Source: an uncultured virus (IMG/VR IMGVR_UViG_3300029305_000620) (Duplodnaviria; Heunggongvirae; Uroviricota; Caudoviricetes). From it: a DNA stretch of 36,813 nt. The stretch lies in the IMG/VR virus record IMGVR_UViG_3300029305_000620. One strand, given 5' to 3'. This document shows positions 34,196-36,813 of the stretch, one piece after another. The translations under genes and the position numbers were made by a program. Under the pieces are notes generated by a model. It was not told the DNA's origin. It did no database searches and saw nothing but the letters and a program-made list of their open reading frames with translations. Every line of letters starts with the position of its first letter. The stretch's first letter is position 1.

Positions 34196-36813
34196 TTATT
34201 CAAACCACCTCTGAATGTCCTTCTGCTTTTGCGCCCGGTCATATCCCAGGGCCTCATAAGCGGTCAGGAGCCGCGCCTGCAGGTCGGCGTATCCCTTGCC
34301 GGTTGCCTTCAGGTCGATCAGCTGCTGCTTGTACTGGGTGGTGATCTGCGACGCCAGTGTGGTCTTGCTCACGCCGTTGTCCAGGTACTCCTTGATGGTA
34401 GTTCTCAGGTTCTCGCCTGTTTCCACCGCCTGGAAGAAGTCTGCGTATTTCCGGTAGTCACCGGCGGCGATCCCTTCATCCCGCATCTCCTTCCATTTGT
34501 CCACTTCCCAGTATGCATCGTCTTCATCAGCGTATGCACCGATCTTCAGCAGATACTGCTTCGCGGCATCCTCGTCAGCGTCTCCGCTGATGAAGCGCTC
34601 CTGCATGGCCTTCTTCAGGCCGGTCTTCATCGCATCTTCGCTCACCATCTTGCTCAGTAGCATGTACTCCCGGTAGTCCTGCGCCTTCTGCGTGTCGCCG
34701 TTCAGCTCTGCCGCTACTATGCGCTCGTAGTACACAGCGTTCTTGCTCTGGTAGAAGGGCACATTTTCCAGCATCGCCTGTCCCACGCTGAAAGCGTCCG
34801 GGGCGGTCCATTGGCTGTTCATGATCAGGTTGCGTGTTCGGCGCACCTCTCGGCTGATGTTCTTTGCCGGCAGTCCTGCCATGTTGGCTATCGTACCCAC
34901 AAAGTTCTCGTAGTCCTTCCAGGTCAGCGTCTTTTCAGGATCCGCCGCCTTGGTGATGAAGGTCTTGCCGTAGTCGATGATGTCTGCCACCGCCGCCATG
35001 TCGGGACGCTCCACCTCGTATCCTGCGAACAGGCTCATCAGGTCGGATACGTAAGGCAGCATGCCCAGCGGGTTCAGATTGTCCAGGATGTTCGCCGTCG
35101 CGCGGTCCGCATAGCGTTCCACCACGTTGCGCTTGTCCTCGTCATCGTTCCACGCCTGTGCCAGCGCCGCCATCGCGCCCGCCAGCACCTGGGATACGAT
35201 CACGCCGCCCAGGATCTTCCCGCGCTGCTTCTTGTCGTGTTTTCCCAGGAATGCGTCGTACAGCATGTTGATGCTCAGCGTCGGCTCAGCCATGAAGCTG
35301 GTCGCCATCCTGTGCAAGGCGTTCTTGCTTCGCATCAGGTTGCTGCGGGTGATCACGCTGTCGTACACCTGGGTGTGGTCGATCACGTCATCGAATCGGT
35401 CTCCGCACAGCTGCAGGAATTCCTCGCTGTTCACGTCCATACCCGGATGCAGCTCCGCCTGTTCGGCTTTGACTGCCTTCCAGATCAGTCCCCAGGTCCA
35501 CTGGTCAGCCTTTCCCGGTGCAGCCGTCAGCCAGTCCAGCGCGCGCTTGTACGCTTCCTTTCCGGCCTCCCACTTGCTGTCCGCCTTCAGGCGGCTGTAG
35601 GCTTCCATTGCACTCAGGTGTTCGTCAGCGATGTACTGCCGCGCCGTCAATCCCATGCCCACGTCGAATTTGCCCATGTCCTTGATAACCGCCGTGCCAG
35701 CGTATTTCATCATCTCGTCCCATGTTCCCTTGCCGGGGCGGTAGAAGGGATTCTTCGTGAAGTACTTCGGGCTGATGTAGGCCATCGCACGCGCCATGGC
35801 GGTGGGCTGCTGCAGCACCACGCTGGCAGAGGCCATCACTGCGCCGCGCTTGAATGCGCCGATCATGCTGTTCACCAGGTCGGTGGCACGCTCGTCTCCC
35901 ATGGCCGCGCCGTTGAGGTCCTTCAGCAGCTGCGTCATGTAGTCCTGGCTTGCCTGTCCGTACTTCTGCCCGATCAGCGCACGGATGGTGTTCACCGTGC
36001 CGTCGGGTTCCATCACCTTGTGGTTCAGCAGGCGTTTCATGTTCTCGATCGGCTGCACCATCGCCGCGTAGGTCGCCATCTTGTGGATGTGTTCAGAAAC
36101 CGTGTCGGTCAGTCCGCCCACCACCAGCGTCGCGTTCGCGCCGTGCTGAAGCCTGTGGGTGAAGCCGCTGTTCTTCAGGCGCCCGGTTCCCACGTTCTCA
36201 CCCTGCGGGCCTTCATCGCCGCGCTGGAAGCGCTGCTCCGCTGCGGTATGGAACGGGATGTAGTACGTTTCGTTGAACTTCTTGTACCCGTACATCTCCA
36301 TGCTGGCAGCGTTGCCGTAATCCGCCATCGTGGTGGACAGGAAGCCCACCAGCGTATCCGCATAGGCTTTCTGCTCATCCGTCAGCCAGCGGCTGATCTT
36401 GGCGATATCCGCCGCATCCAGCTGATGGCTCTCCTTCTTCGCCGCGTACAGGCCCTCGCCCTTCTTGGTGATATCCTTGTACTGGAAGCCGCCGTACAGC
36501 AGATGCTCCGTCTGGTACAGCTTGTTGGTGCTTTCGCGCTTGGCGATGGCGTAGATTTCTGCCGCTTCCTCGCGGGTCAGCTCAATTTGATGGCCCTGGC
36601 TCGTCTTCATCTTCAGCTTGCCGTCAGCCACCCATGCGCCGTAGTGGTACTTCTCCTTCGCTTCCTGCACGAAGCCCTTGCCCTGTGCCACGATCTTCGC
36701 ATAGTCGCTCTGTCCCATGCGGACCTCGTCGAACACTTCCTTCAGCAGCGGGCTGTTCAGGTGCTCCATGAAGTAGATGGGCGTCATGTTGCCGGTGCGG
36801 ATGTTCTCGTCCA
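34196..36813 (-). CDS. Very large helical phage protein (polyvalent/ejection-type), 5' end outside window
   Basis: Frame is open to window edge (>870 aa); helical composition, hydrophobic stretch, TQVYDS and NPLGMLPYV motifs; family assignment tentative. Confidence 0.7.
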   Translation of the reverse strand, partial: DENIRTGNMTPIYFMEHLNSPLLKEVFDEVRMGQSDYAKIVAQGKGFVQEAKEKYHYGAWVADGKLKMKTSQGHQIELTREEAAEIYAIAKRESTNKLYQTEHLLYGGFQYKDITKKGEGLYAAKKESHQLDAADIAKISRWLTDEQKAYADTLVGFLSTTMADYGNAASMEMYGYKKFNETYYIPFHTAAEQRFQRGDEGPQGENVGTGRLKNSGFTHRLQHGANATLVVGGLTDTVSEHIHKMATYAAMVQPIENMKRLLNHKVMEPDGTVNTIRALIGQKYGQASQDYMTQLLKDLNGAAMGDERATDLVNSMIGAFKRGAVMASASVVLQQPTAMARAMAYISPKYFTKNPFYRPGKGTWDEMMKYAGTAVIKDMGKFDVGMGLTARQYIADEHLSAMEAYSRLKADSKWEAGKEAYKRALDWLTAAPGKADQWTWGLIWKAVKAEQAELHPGMDVNSEEFLQLCGDRFDDVIDHTQVYDSVITRSNLMRSKNALHRMATSFMAEPTLSINMLYDAFLGKHDKKQRGKILGGVIVSQVLAGAMAALAQAWNDDEDKRNVVERYADRATANILDNLNPLGMLPYVSDLMSLFAGYEVERPDMAAVADIIDYGKTFITKAADPEKTLTWKDYENFVGTIANMAGLPAKNISREVRRTRNLIMNSQWTAPDAFSVGQAMLENVPFYQSKNAVYYERIVAAELNGDTQKAQDYREYMLLSKMVSEDAMKTGLKKAMQERFISGDADEDAAKQYLLKIGAYADEDDAYWEVDKWKEMRDEGIAAGDYRKYADFFQAVETGENLRTTIKEYLDNGVSKTTLASQITTQYKQQLIDLKATGKGYADLQARLLTAYEALGYDRAQKQKDIQRWFE

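Noticed and set aside
34110..34200. Twister ribozyme
   Set aside because: UAA after a P1-like stem is present, but P2 and the conserved L4 loop do not fit

Overview
GC-rich temperate phage DNA, most likely from a Clostridia-type (Bacillota) host, judged by strong SD sequences, sigma-A promoters and a LexA/DinR-type box. Positions 1-2850 hold a lysogeny module: divergent cro-like/cI-like genes, an unannotated 33-aa antisense ORF behind an SOS box, a large serine integrase, an intact attP-like palindrome and a small candidate directionality factor. Positions 2870-7530 hold two accessory operons of 13 small genes. Each operon starts at a duplicated promoter carrying the same 15-bp palindromic operator, and the first ends in a small XRE-HTH gene (acr-aca-like layout). 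Eight of these genes are preceded by a compact GC-rich motif that folds as an H-type pseudoknot just before the RBS; this is the most unusual signal in the window. Positions 7690-28355 (minus strand) are a contractile-tailed phage lysis, tail, baseplate, tape-measure, sheath/tube, neck, capsid and scaffold region, preceded by tRNA-Lys(UUU) and a D-armless tRNA-like element. Upstream of the tRNA (28796-36813), where portal and terminase would be expected, lies a second tail-tip-like module plus a very large helical protein, suggesting a mosaic or an assembly chimera. All protein family calls are by motif recognition; no database searches were run.
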